From assembly GCA_046570105.1 (NCBI GenBank), contig JBKHVI010000008.1, positions 1 through 64,000 of the forward strand: DNA of 64,000 nt, given 5' to 3'. The stretch is from Bacteriovoracia bacterium (GTDB lineage: Bacteria > Bdellovibrionota > Bacteriovoracia > Bacteriovoracales > Bacteriovoracaceae). The first letter of the stretch is position 1. Every line of letters begins with the position of its first letter. The translations under genes were made by a program, and so were the position numbers. Below the pieces are notes generated by a model. That model was not told where the DNA came from. It did not search any database and saw only the letters and a program-made list of their open reading frames with translations. Positions 9,826 to 19,456 of the stretch are shown here, piece by piece.

Positions 9826-10721
9826 GTGATATTATTCATCAACCGCTTTCGCACTGGTGGGACGTAGTCGATCCTACTCCCGAAGTTTTGCGCGGGATCG
9901 CCGATCGCTTTAAACTTCACCACACGTCGGTGCAAGACTGTCTTGATCCGGAGCACTTTCCTAAAATTGAAAAAGTCGGTGATACACTTTTTATGATCGT
10001 GCGCTGCCTCGATCATGAAGCTCCCAAAGACGCTGATGATTTATTAAGTCTCACTCGAAAACTCGCGTGTTTTTTGCATAAAGACTTTTTGATCACCATT
10101 CATCGCGGAGACCAGCCGTTCTTAATCGATGCCCGTACCAAAGTCGATGCCTCGCAAACGCCCCAAGATATTCTGGTGCGCTTGATGAAAAAATCTGTTG
10201 AATCTTATATGCCCTATTTGGAAAATACTGAGCATGAACTCGAGCGCCTCGAAAAAGAGCTTTTAGGCCGCTCGCCTTCAGGAAGTGAGCTGATCGCTCT
10301 TTATAGTCTGCGCTCGCGCCTCTCCTTGATTAAGCGACAAGCGTGGCATACCTCAAACGTGTTAAAAGAATTTATCACCATTCATTGCCCCACTCCCTCA
10401 CCATGGTTAACTGATCTGCGCGAAAGTGCTGAAGGTCTCTGGCAATACTGTGATGAATTAATGGAAGATGTGCAGAACTTATTAGGTCTTCATATCGCTC
10501 TCTCGGGTCATCGTACCAACGAAACCATGCGCTTTCTCACCGTGGTCTCACTATTCTTCTTACCACTGACATTTATCGTGGGTGTCTATGGAATGAATTT
10601 CCAGTTTATGCCTGAGTTGAATTGGCGTTACGGCTATTTTATCTGTCTCGCTTTAATGGTCGCCGTATCACTGTTTATTTATTGGAAAGTGAAATCGAAA
10701 GGGTGGCTCGTGCGTGAATGA
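9822..10721 (+). CDS. corA: CorA family divalent cation transporter
   Basis: YGMNFQFMPEL signature, two C-terminal TM helices. Confidence 0.9.
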   Translation: MSDIIHQPLSHWWDVVDPTPEVLRGIADRFKLHHTSVQDCLDPEHFPKIEKVGDTLFMIVRCLDHEAPKDADDLLSLTRKLACFLHKDFLITIHRGDQPFLIDARTKVDASQTPQDILVRLMKKSVESYMPYLENTEHELERLEKELLGRSPSGSELIALYSLRSRLSLIKRQAWHTSNVLKEFITIHCPTPSPWLTDLRESAEGLWQYCDELMEDVQNLLGLHIALSGHRTNETMRFLTVVSLFFLPLTFIVGVYGMNFQFMPELNWRYGYFICLALMVAVSLFIYWKVKSKGWLVRE

Positions 10722-11238
10722 AAGACGCATCTCAGGTTTATTAATTTTAACCTTTGGTTTGTTGGCTCTCTATGATCTCACTCTTGAGTGGGAGCGCGCC
10801 TCACTGCCACATATCCTCGCCGAGTTTTTTTTAGGTGCTGTCGCATGGGGATGGGGTTTGCTACTCCTAAAAAAAAGCTGGCGACTCAAACAAGATTTGC
10901 GTAACTCAAAAAATCAAATTGATCACCTCGAAAATGATCTGCAGCATTGGCGCACAGAAAGTGCAAAATGGAGTCAGGGACTCTCCCTTTCTATTGATAA
11001 ACAATTTAGCTTGTGGAAACTCTCACCAGCTGAAAAAGAAGTGGCGCTGCTTTTGATGAAAGGTTTAGAACTAAAACTGATTGCAGAAGTTCGTCAGACC
11101 ACCGAACGCACAGCAAGACAGCAGGCATTCAACGTTTATCAAAAATCCGGCTTAAAAGGTCGGGCCGAATTAACGGCATTTTTCCTAGAAGACTTACTGG
11201 TAACTCCTGAGAATTCACCAGCAACAATTCACATATGA
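10714..11238 (+). CDS. Membrane-anchored LuxR-type HTH regulator
   Basis: Two TM helices, coiled coil, LSPAEKEVALLLMKG...IAEVR..TERT.R HTH. Confidence 0.85.
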   Translation: MNERRISGLLILTFGLLALYDLTLEWERASLPHILAEFFLGAVAWGWGLLLLKKSWRLKQDLRNSKNQIDHLENDLQHWRTESAKWSQGLSLSIDKQFSLWKLSPAEKEVALLLMKGLELKLIAEVRQTTERTARQQAFNVYQKSGLKGRAELTAFFLEDLLVTPENSPATIHI

Positions 11239-11284
11239 CATTCGGCCGATGGCCAAAGTTTATCGCCTAAGAGATTTTCTGAAG

Positions 11285-12478
11285 ATGAAAATCTTCTTTT
11301 TAATCTTTTTAAGTCTTCCTCTTCACGCCGGCACCTTGGTTGAGCTGATACAACTCACCCAAGAGCGTGCCCATTATATTGAGCTGATCCGCCAAGAGGC
11401 GCGAGCTTATGATGCTCAGGTGCGTCAAGCAGGTACGCTCTCTAACCCTAATCTTATGCTGCAATTGGGACAAATTGAATCGGCCGGCAGTCGTGGAGAT
11501 GTGATCGATGTCACCTTGACGCAACCGTTGCCTTGGTTTGGAAAGCGCCAAGCTGTCATTGAAAAACAAGAATCACAAAAGAAACTCGGGCTATTGGAAG
11601 GTAAACAATCAGAACTCAATCTTGAGCACTATGTTTTACGACTCGCCCTTCGTATCTCCGCCCTTAAAGAATTAACCGGACATGCGATGGAGCGACGTCG
11701 ACGGTTTGAATTATTGCGCCAAAGTTTATTAGCAAGACCGCAGCTCTCGCCGATTCAACGAGTGGAGCAGGGCCTAATCGAAAATCAACTGCGGATGCTT
11801 GAGCGTGGAATTGTCATGCTTGAATCTGAGCAACGTACGCTCACTCGCACGCTTAACAATTGGTTGGGGCAAGAATTTGAACTCAAACTTGATTGGACGC
11901 GTCCGCCTAATATTGGTGCGCTACAAGATTGGGAAGAAAGATTAATCGCTGAGTCTCCAGAATATAAGCGTCGTCAATTTACTCAAGACGGCCTACAAGC
12001 AGAATTAAAAGCTGCCGAACTGCAGTCATATCCGGATTGGCAATTGGGAATGAACTATCGCCAGGAGAAACTCGCACCACAGAATAATTTTTATCATGCC
12101 GTCGTAGGACTTACCCTCCCACTTTTTGATCGAGGTCAACACCAAGAAGCAAAATTGCGGGTGGAAATGAGAGTCAATGAAGCTCGCTTCAGTTTAACTC
12201 AGCTCAGGATAAAAGAAGAATTGGTGACCGCCTACGAGAAGGCCCACTCACAAATACGACTCATGAAAACATTTAATATGGACTTGATAAATAAATCAGA
12301 GCGCCAATTCAAAGAAGCTGAGAATGAATTTCGAAAAGGGCGCATTGATGCTCCGACATTTTTAGCAACTGATGATCAGATTCACGAATCGATTGATACT
12401 GCCTTTCAAACAACCATTGATGCCATCGAGGCCCACAATCAACTTCGTTTGATGGTGGGTCTTTCTCCGGAGATTTAA
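11285..12478 (+). CDS. TolC/CzcC family outer membrane efflux protein
   Basis: Signal peptide from MKIFF; NPNL and LTLPLFDR motifs; adjacent to RND pump. Confidence 0.85.
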   Translation: MKIFFLIFLSLPLHAGTLVELIQLTQERAHYIELIRQEARAYDAQVRQAGTLSNPNLMLQLGQIESAGSRGDVIDVTLTQPLPWFGKRQAVIEKQESQKKLGLLEGKQSELNLEHYVLRLALRISALKELTGHAMERRRRFELLRQSLLARPQLSPIQRVEQGLIENQLRMLERGIVMLESEQRTLTRTLNNWLGQEFELKLDWTRPPNIGALQDWEERLIAESPEYKRRQFTQDGLQAELKAAELQSYPDWQLGMNYRQEKLAPQNNFYHAVVGLTLPLFDRGQHQEAKLRVEMRVNEARFSLTQLRIKEELVTAYEKAHSQIRLMKTFNMDLINKSERQFKEAENEFRKGRIDAPTFLATDDQIHESIDTAFQTTIDAIEAHNQLRLMVGLSPEI

Positions 12479-15400
12479 ATGCTCACAAAAATGATGAATT
12501 GGGCGCTCCACAATCGCCTCACCGTTTTAGGCCTCACATTGGTACTTCTAGTCGTCGGCAGCCGCGCCATTATGGATATGGCGATCGATGCTGTTCCCGA
12601 CGTCACCAATATTCAGGTGGTGGTGAATGTTAAAACCGGAGCGCTTGATCCAGAAAAAATCGAAATGCTAGTGACTCGACCGATTGAGACGGAAATGGCA
12701 GGAGTCGGTGGACTCAAGGACATGCGCTCCATCGCAAAATTTGGACTCTCACAAACCACGCTTATTTTTGATGAAGGGACTGATATCTACTGGGCGCGAC
12801 AACAGGTCGCCGAAAGACTTCCGGGTATCGATCTTCCAGAAAAAGTCAGTCCTGAACTTGCACCTATGACCACGGGCCTAGGTGAAGTCTATATGTACAC
12901 TCTTCAGACCAATGAATTATCACCCTTGCATCGTTTGGCCATGAAAGAACGCCTGACGGAGCTGCGGAGTATTCAGGATTATATTGTACGCCCTCAACTC
13001 AAAAGAGTGAAAGGCATTGCCGACATTGACTCCAATGGTGGTTTTGTAAAACAAATCCACATTAACTTTTTAACTAAAAAACTTGATCAGTTCGGCATTA
13101 CTCTCGTGCAGGCCAATCATGCCCTCGAGAGTTTGGGTGATAATAGTGGTGGTGGTTATATTCAGCGCGCTGGTGAACAAGTCATTGTGCGCACACTTCC
13201 CTCCATTTCAAGCCTGGCCGATTTGGCAGAGTTTCCACTCTACGTCACTCCCTTGGGCCAAGTCATTAAAGTCTCCGACGTGGCGATTGTGCGTGTCGAT
13301 CATGCCCTTCGAGTAGGTGGCGCCACTTTTAATGGCGAGGAGGCGATTTTAGGAACCGCTCTCATGCGCGTGGGCGCAAATGGCCGCGAGGTGGTGGCAG
13401 GAATTGAAGAAGCTTTGAAGGAGCTGACTTTACCAGCAGGTATCACCCTCGTTCCGCTCTATACTCGAAAATTCTTAGTTGATAGTACCATCAGTACAGT
13501 CTCTAAAAGTTTAGTGGAAGGTGCCATTCTCGTTATTTTTGTACTCTTTGTTCTGCTGGGACATTTCGTTGCCGCCAGTATCGTCGCCTTGGCAATTCCA
13601 CTTTCTATGCTTTTTGCTGCTGAGGGAATGCGCTTAGGAGGCATCACCGGAAACCTCATGAGCTTAGGCGCGATTGATTTTGGTCTCTTAGTCGATGGCT
13701 CAGTGGTCTTAATTGAGACTATTCTCACACGCCTGGCCCTCACTCCAATTAAAGATGCCCACCATAAGCGCGCCGTCATCCTCTCCTCTGCCAGCGAAGT
13801 CATCCGTCCGATGGTGACAGGCATCTTTTTAATCATGGTGGTCTACGTTCCTATTCTCACGCTTAGTGACGTGGAAGGAAAAATGTTTCGCCCGATGGCA
13901 CAAACCGTCTTGCTCGCCTTGGGTGGTTCACTGTTTGTCGCCATCTTTTTAATGCCCGTCTTAGCCGATATGTTTCTCAAAACAGCACCAGGCGAACATG
14001 AAACATTCTTCTTTCGCTGGACAAAAAAATTCTACACACCCGTCTTGGACTATGTTCTCAAGAAACCTGTCTCCCTTATCCTATCTGGTGTGGGGGTTGC
14101 GCTCCTGACAGTCGTACTGTTGACTCGCATGGGCTCAGACTTTATTCCCACTTTAGATGAAGGTGATTTAGTGATGGGAGTCACTCGTAGCTCTCGAATC
14201 TCGATTGATAAATCTGTCTTCGAACAAACCGAAGTCGAAAAAATCATTAAAACCTTCCCGGAAGTGCAATTTGTGTTCGCACGTCTTGGCACTCCAGAAT
14301 CCGCCACTGATCCTATGGGGGTCAACTTAGCGGACACATTTGTTATTTTAGAAAAAGACCGTACAAAATGGCAGCACTCTTCTAAAGAGGCACTCTTTGA
14401 TGCTATTCGCGCTAAACTTCTAGCTAAATTCCCTAACGATGAAGTCAGTGCGACTCAACCCATTGAGATGCGCTTTAATGAAATGCTAGAAGGCTCACGC
14501 GCCGATGTGGCCCTCAGAATATTTGGACCGGATCTTAAAACTTTATTTGAAGCAGGTGAAAAGGCCTCAGCGATTGTAGAAAAAATCTCCGGCATAGAAA
14601 GTGTAGAACAAGATCCACTGACTGCTCTCCGACTGGGGCCAGTGTTGGACATTAAACCGGATTATGCTGCCCTTGCTCGTTATGGGATTATGCTTGAGAC
14701 GCTGAATACCACAGTCGCCAGTGCTATGGCGGGATTAGAAGTCGGCAGCTATTTCGAAGGGCCACGGCGCTTTCCTCTTATTGCTCATATCGCTGAAGAA
14801 GAGCGTGAGAGTTTAGAAATGATCCAGGCGATCCCACTGGATCTTCCGCGCGGAGGAACAGTCCCCCTCAATCGTGTTGCTCAATTAGTAGAAGAAGAAC
14901 GTGTCACGGTCATTGCTCGCCAGTGGGCCGAGCGTTACGCTGCAATCTCTATCAATATTCATGGCCGTGATCTTGGAAGTTTTGTGGCTGAAGCACGCGC
15001 TTTAGTGGAAAAAGAAATTAAGCTTCCCGCTGGCTATCGCATGGAATGGGGCGGACAATTTAAAAACCTTGAGCGTGCTAAAGCGCAATTATTTCTAATT
15101 GTCCCTCTAACTCTTTTGGGTGTCTTTCTGATTTTATGGAAAGGCTTTGGTGATCTCATTCGTACCACAGTTGTTTTTATGAGCGTGCCATTTGCCGCTA
15201 TGGGTGGAGTGATCGCCCTATGGATCAGAGATATGAATCTCAGCGTTTCGGCAGGAGTCGGATTTATTGCTTTGATCGGTATTGCACTTCTGAATGCCTT
15301 GGTGCTGGTGACAGTCCTCAATAGCGAAACAGAAAAAGCTCAGGATCTTATCGATGCTATTAAACGTGGCACACTTTCACGATTGAGACCGGTACTCATG

Positions 15401-15586
15401 ACAGCTCTAGTGGCAGGTCTGGGTTTTATTCCGATGGCGCTCAATACCGGTATTGGCGCTGAGGTTCAAAGGCCCTTGGCGACAGTCGTGATTGGTGGAC
15501 TCTTGAGTGCTACCGTGCTGACTTTGCTCGGACTGCCTGTGATGTATTTGTGGAGTGAGAAGTTTAAGAAGCAGCGCCGACTTTAA
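12479..15586 (+). CDS. czcA: CzcA/CusA heavy-metal efflux RND permease
   Basis: IDAVPDVTNIQV, AIDFGLLVDG, RLRPVLMTA, GAEVQRPLATVVIGG; 1035 aa. Confidence 0.92.
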   Translation: MLTKMMNWALHNRLTVLGLTLVLLVVGSRAIMDMAIDAVPDVTNIQVVVNVKTGALDPEKIEMLVTRPIETEMAGVGGLKDMRSIAKFGLSQTTLIFDEGTDIYWARQQVAERLPGIDLPEKVSPELAPMTTGLGEVYMYTLQTNELSPLHRLAMKERLTELRSIQDYIVRPQLKRVKGIADIDSNGGFVKQIHINFLTKKLDQFGITLVQANHALESLGDNSGGGYIQRAGEQVIVRTLPSISSLADLAEFPLYVTPLGQVIKVSDVAIVRVDHALRVGGATFNGEEAILGTALMRVGANGREVVAGIEEALKELTLPAGITLVPLYTRKFLVDSTISTVSKSLVEGAILVIFVLFVLLGHFVAASIVALAIPLSMLFAAEGMRLGGITGNLMSLGAIDFGLLVDGSVVLIETILTRLALTPIKDAHHKRAVILSSASEVIRPMVTGIFLIMVVYVPILTLSDVEGKMFRPMAQTVLLALGGSLFVAIFLMPVLADMFLKTAPGEHETFFFRWTKKFYTPVLDYVLKKPVSLILSGVGVALLTVVLLTRMGSDFIPTLDEGDLVMGVTRSSRISIDKSVFEQTEVEKIIKTFPEVQFVFARLGTPESATDPMGVNLADTFVILEKDRTKWQHSSKEALFDAIRAKLLAKFPNDEVSATQPIEMRFNEMLEGSRADVALRIFGPDLKTLFEAGEKASAIVEKISGIESVEQDPLTALRLGPVLDIKPDYAALARYGIMLETLNTTVASAMAGLEVGSYFEGPRRFPLIAHIAEEERESLEMIQAIPLDLPRGGTVPLNRVAQLVEEERVTVIARQWAERYAAISINIHGRDLGSFVAEARALVEKEIKLPAGYRMEWGGQFKNLERAKAQLFLIVPLTLLGVFLILWKGFGDLIRTTVVFMSVPFAAMGGVIALWIRDMNLSVSAGVGFIALIGIALLNALVLVTVLNSETEKAQDLIDAIKRGTLSRLRPVLMTALVAGLGFIPMALNTGIGAEVQRPLATVVIGGLLSATVLTLLGLPVMYLWSEKFKKQRRL

Positions 15587-15800
15587 GTCGAAGTTCACGA
15601 TAGCCCATCTCAATGGCATCTCTATGATCATCAAAATCATAGAGCGTGCCGATATGTCTAAAAATTTTGAAAGATTCTTTGCTAACGACATCGACTTCCA
15701 CGTGAAAGCGCTCTTTGACTTGATGAACAGTGATGCGTCCTAAGAAATAAGGATCATTGGTGAATTCCACTAGCTTTTCTAGGGGAAAGGACTCAGGCAT
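15564..15800 (-). CDS. Small hypothetical protein
   Basis: ATG 15800 overlaps the decarboxylase stop; protein-like composition. Confidence 0.6.
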   Translation of the reverse strand: MPESFPLEKLVEFTNDPYFLGRITVHQVKERFHVEVDVVSKESFKIFRHIGTLYDFDDHRDAIEMGYRELRLKVGAAS

Positions 15801-17211
15801 GAGAGCTCTCCCAACGAGTGCCGGCGGCTTCCACATCATCGAGAATTTTAGTCAGAACTTTTTCATCGGCCCCAGGATGAACCACAATAAAACGCAAGAA
15901 GCTCTCACCACCACGACTTGACCAGTTGATCATCGCCTCACCGCGGGCGAGAAGCTCTTCACGAATAGGCCTAACCGCAAGGTTTGCCATGAATTTACGC
16001 TTGGGCTTATAGCGGAAACACACATTCAAACTTTCTGGCTCATAAATGAGTTGCAGAGAAGGACGCTTTTTAATTTCTTGGGCCATAAATTTCGCGCGTG
16101 CATAGAAGGTGTCTACGAGCTTCTCAAAACCTTCATCTCCCATCGCGCGCCAAGTAAGCCAAACTTTCAGCGCATCAACTCTTCGGCCACATTGCAGCGA
16201 CATGGGGCCCAGATCAACCGTGTTTTCTTGGCCATCATGGAAGAGATAGTTATTTCCACCGCCACGCTGACTGGCAAGTAAGCTGCCGATATGCGGAGTG
16301 AGAATAAATGAACTCACGAGACCCGTGCCAAGCATTTTGTGGGTATCCCATGTGACGGAATCGGCACGATCAATGCCTTTAAGATTGTGGCGATGTTTTT
16401 TCGACATCAAACTGCCCCCGCCCCAAGCGGCATCGACATGTAACCACAATTTATGTTTCTCACAAACATCAGCAATATCATTAAGCGGATCAAACGCTCC
16501 AAGCACAGTCGTGCCCGCAGTAGCAGCGACACACATCGGAGTAAAACCACGCTCTTTAGCCGCTAAAATTAAACGGTCTAGCTCAGAGGCGCGCATGCGG
16601 CCTTGGGCATCGCTTGGCACCGGAATCAGATTATCAGTGCCAATACCTAATTGATTGAGCGCTTTGAAAAATGAGTAGTGCGCTTCTTCTGAAACAAAAA
16701 CCGAGAAGCGCGTGTTGCCATTACCAAATCGGCGCGTCTCAGGGAATTTGGTATTGCGTGCAAGTAGAAGGCCCGACATGTTGGCGTTCGATCCACCGGT
16801 GACCATAATGCCTTCCGTGCGATCCCACCCCACCATTTTTCCAAGTTTATGAATCAGCGCGCGCTCAATGAGTGTAGCAATCGGTGCGGCTTCATAGGTG
16901 GCCATGGTGCTATTACCCAGTGCCGCGACAGTATCACCAATAAAGGCGACTGGATTGGGAGCAGCGTAGAGTTGATTCGCAAATGTGGGATGAAGAGTAT
17001 TGCGCGCGTGCTTGAGATAGGATTTTAAATCATCGCGAATTTTATCCAACTCACGGCCTTGCTGAGGAAGAGTCATATCAAAACTATCACGCAACTCTAC
17101 TGGCGTTTCAAAAGCGCCTACGCCCCGCTCATCAGATGAGCGAATGAACTCGTGAATATCAGCGAAAAACGCCTCGAATGGAAAATCTTGCCAATTATTT
17201 TTCATGCCCAT
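15793..17211 (-). CDS. Group II PLP-dependent decarboxylase (GAD/CSAD-like)
   Basis: ATAGTTVLGAFDP, LHVDAAWGG, DTHK PLP lysine, QCGRRVDALKVW. Confidence 0.9.
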   Translation of the reverse strand: MGMKNNWQDFPFEAFFADIHEFIRSSDERGVGAFETPVELRDSFDMTLPQQGRELDKIRDDLKSYLKHARNTLHPTFANQLYAAPNPVAFIGDTVAALGNSTMATYEAAPIATLIERALIHKLGKMVGWDRTEGIMVTGGSNANMSGLLLARNTKFPETRRFGNGNTRFSVFVSEEAHYSFFKALNQLGIGTDNLIPVPSDAQGRMRASELDRLILAAKERGFTPMCVAATAGTTVLGAFDPLNDIADVCEKHKLWLHVDAAWGGGSLMSKKHRHNLKGIDRADSVTWDTHKMLGTGLVSSFILTPHIGSLLASQRGGGNNYLFHDGQENTVDLGPMSLQCGRRVDALKVWLTWRAMGDEGFEKLVDTFYARAKFMAQEIKKRPSLQLIYEPESLNVCFRYKPKRKFMANLAVRPIREELLARGEAMINWSSRGGESFLRFIVVHPGADEKVLTKILDDVEAAGTRWESSHA

Positions 17212-17226
17212 CTTCTAACACAATCT

Positions 17227-17844
17227 CTACTGAGGTGCCACGACCAGTTTAACGGCACGCACCACATCTTTCCATTCAGCACGTTGAGTATAGTCGGCAT
17301 GGGCAAACGAGTAATAAATCTTGCTGTCTTTACCCACTACAAAGGTGGCCGGCAAAGGCAGAATATTGGTGGAAAGATTGAGCCCCAGGGCCTTGTATTC
17401 TTCAAGGACTTTAGCATCGACTTGAAAGGCGATGCCTAAGAGCCTGGCGGCATCATTGGTTGGGTCTGATACGAGATCAAAACTTAGACTATTTTTTTGC
17501 TTGGTTTTCTTCACTTCTAAAGCTGGATCCGGACTGATCGCAACAATCTGTGCGCCCTTAACACTTTTAAGATCCGCCTGAATTTCTTTGAGCTGCTTCA
17601 TGCAGTATGGGCACCAACTTCCGCGATAAAAAGTCACAATAAGTGGACCCGTCTTAAGCCATTCACTGACTTTCTTCTCACCTAATTTTATGTCGGGAAC
17701 ACTCTCACCGACTCGTGGAGCGCGTTCAGCAATTTTCGTTTCTTTGAGCTTTTGAGTGGCATCAGCAAAGAGTTTTTTGCGCTCTTCTGGAGTCATGCTG
17801 TGAGCTGTAAATGAGATACAAAGAAGTAGTAAAAACCAACGCAT
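17227..17844 (-). CDS. AhpC/TSA peroxiredoxin-like protein, secreted
   Basis: FYRGSWCPYC, AISPD, PLPATFVV. Confidence 0.9.
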   Translation of the reverse strand: MRWFLLLLCISFTAHSMTPEERKKLFADATQKLKETKIAERAPRVGESVPDIKLGEKKVSEWLKTGPLIVTFYRGSWCPYCMKQLKEIQADLKSVKGAQIVAISPDPALEVKKTKQKNSLSFDLVSDPTNDAARLLGIAFQVDAKVLEEYKALGLNLSTNILPLPATFVVGKDSKIYYSFAHADYTQRAEWKDVVRAVKLVVAPQ

Positions 17845-18138
17845 AAAACCTCCTAAAGCGGGTCAATGTCTGAAGCCCCAGTATTGTGACGTAAATCCCA
17901 GGGGGTGGCGATGAAAATGGGCGACCTAAGTGCCATAAGCCTCGCTAAACTTCGTTGAGGGGGGTGAGCTAAGCTATCAAGATTAGGCGGCTAATTGATA
18001 TTGCGGCTTCCCCCCTCAAGGCGGGCCTAGAATCTAGCTATCAAGAAACAGAGTGATGGATTCTTGCAGCACGTTCGTTCTTTAGAATCCACCCCCAACC
18101 TCGGCCGGCTATTTGAGCTCGCCACGGAGGAATGGGTT

Positions 18139-18360
18139 ATGAAGGAATATTTTTGGCGTCGCGGTTTGTTTTTCTTGGGATGTTTTATTTATCTGAATGC
18201 GTGTCAGGCACCCAATGTCCACGCAATCGATGAAGAAGAAAAAGACATCCCCAGTTTCACTCGTGAAGAGCTGTTAGCTGGTGGCGGTGAACGCAGTTTT
18301 GAAACTTATGCAGTGGCCGTTCAGGAAGAACACCGCGAGAAAATCCTTCACGAAGAGTAA
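18139..18360 (+). CDS. Small probable lipoprotein
   Basis: GGAGG RBS, LNAC lipobox-like, followed by a terminator. Confidence 0.65.
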   Translation: MKEYFWRRGLFFLGCFIYLNACQAPNVHAIDEEEKDIPSFTREELLAGGGERSFETYAVAVQEEHREKILHEE

Positions 18361-18385
18361 ACTGGATTTTTTCGATCCTTAGACA

Positions 18386-18420
18386 GGGGGGAAGGGGCAC
18401 GGCGGCTCCTTCCCTTTTTT
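18386..18420 (+). terminator. Rho-independent terminator
   Basis: gggaaggggc/gctccttccc stem plus T-tract. Confidence 0.8.
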
Positions 18421-18421
18421 A

Positions 18422-18503
18422 TTAAGGTTCCAACACACTTATCAGTAAGCACCGCATACTATCAAGAGTTTAAGGTTCCAACACACTTATCAGTAAGCAC
18501 CGC
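18422..18503 (+). repeat. Two identical 34 bp direct repeats (REP-like copies 1 and 2)
   Basis: ttaaggttccaacacacttatcagtaagcaccgc at 18422-18455 and 18470-18503, 14 nt apart. Confidence 0.95.
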
Positions 18504-18768
18504 TTCTTTTAAACTGCGACGCGATCTCAAGCATTGGCGGCAGGGTTCGGGGCCATCGGAATTAATAATCCGTATTTAACGAACACTCAGGGGAATCGAA
18601 GGCCAGAAGCCCGGTGAGCGTAACGCCACAAACGACCGAGTTGAGAACTATTACGATAGAAGTTCATGAAAGTTTAAAAAAGCCAACCAAGTGTTCGCGA
18701 GAGTAACTGAACTTCACTCAGATAACTTAATTTACCTGGGTCGAATGAACACATGTAAAAGTAGTTTA

Positions 18769-18795
18769 TCTATCTAACAGGTGTGTTGAAACTTC
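18769..18795 (-). repeat. Degenerate inverted REP-like copy 3
   Basis: ctaacaggtgtgttgaaactt versus ctgacaagtgtgttggaacct of copy 5. Confidence 0.6.
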
Positions 18796-18815
18796 CCTAC
18801 TTGATCTTAAGCTCA

Positions 18816-19367
18816 TCACTGATGGCTTTCTAAGGATTCATACCATTCAAAGCCCAGAAACCCCTTTTGGGTTTTGAATATGACTTGCTGCCCTTCTTTT
18901 AGATCTGGATATCTATCAGTACAAAAGGCATCACCATCGATCGTTCTGCTAGCGCTTGATACCTTAGCTCGAAAGCACATAACTCCTTTTCCATCATTCC
19001 TTTCAAAGCCCTCACCTAAAACAATCGACTTTTCTATTTTCAAACTCGAATCAAATTTAGAATTTATGAACGACAGAAGATAAAGATTCAGAAAAAAAGA
19101 AATTAATACAAATATACCGTATGCTGAAAAAGTATCTTTCGCTTTCAATGATGTGGAGGCACGTCTATTAACGACATAAGCGATAAAAAGATAAGGTAAA
19201 CTCAACAACAAACTAAAGATACTTACAGGGATTAAATCTAAAATCTGTCCTTTCGCATCTTGAGCAAAACCGATCGATAATAAAACGCCAAACAATATGA
19301 ATAAAAAAACTTCAGCGTTCCATCTCTTTCGAAGAAAAGAGTCATCTTTTTTCATTTTAACATTCAT
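18816..19367 (-). CDS. AT-rich hypothetical membrane protein between repeat copies
   Basis: Three TM segments; G-rich RBS before ATG 19367; visibly more AT-rich than the flanks. Confidence 0.75.
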   Translation of the reverse strand: MNVKMKKDDSFLRKRWNAEVFLFILFGVLLSIGFAQDAKGQILDLIPVSIFSLLLSLPYLFIAYVVNRRASTSLKAKDTFSAYGIFVLISFFLNLYLLSFINSKFDSSLKIEKSIVLGEGFERNDGKGVMCFRAKVSSASRTIDGDAFCTDRYPDLKEGQQVIFKTQKGFLGFEWYESLESHQ

Positions 19368-19390
19368 TTGTTTACCCCCTCTCCAAAAAT

Positions 19391-19415
19391 GTTCCAACAC
19401 ACTTATCAGCAAGCA
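19391..19415 (+). repeat. REP-like copy 4
   Basis: gttccaacacacttatcagcaagca, 24/25 identical to copies 1 and 2. Confidence 0.9.
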
Positions 19416-19456
19416 ATGCGAAACCATAAGTAATTATCTATTAAATGATTAACGAA

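Noticed and set aside
18422..18503. CRISPR mini-array
   Set aside because: Only two tandem copies, a 14 nt spacer, no cas genes in the window, and other copies are inverted around a Y1 transposase.
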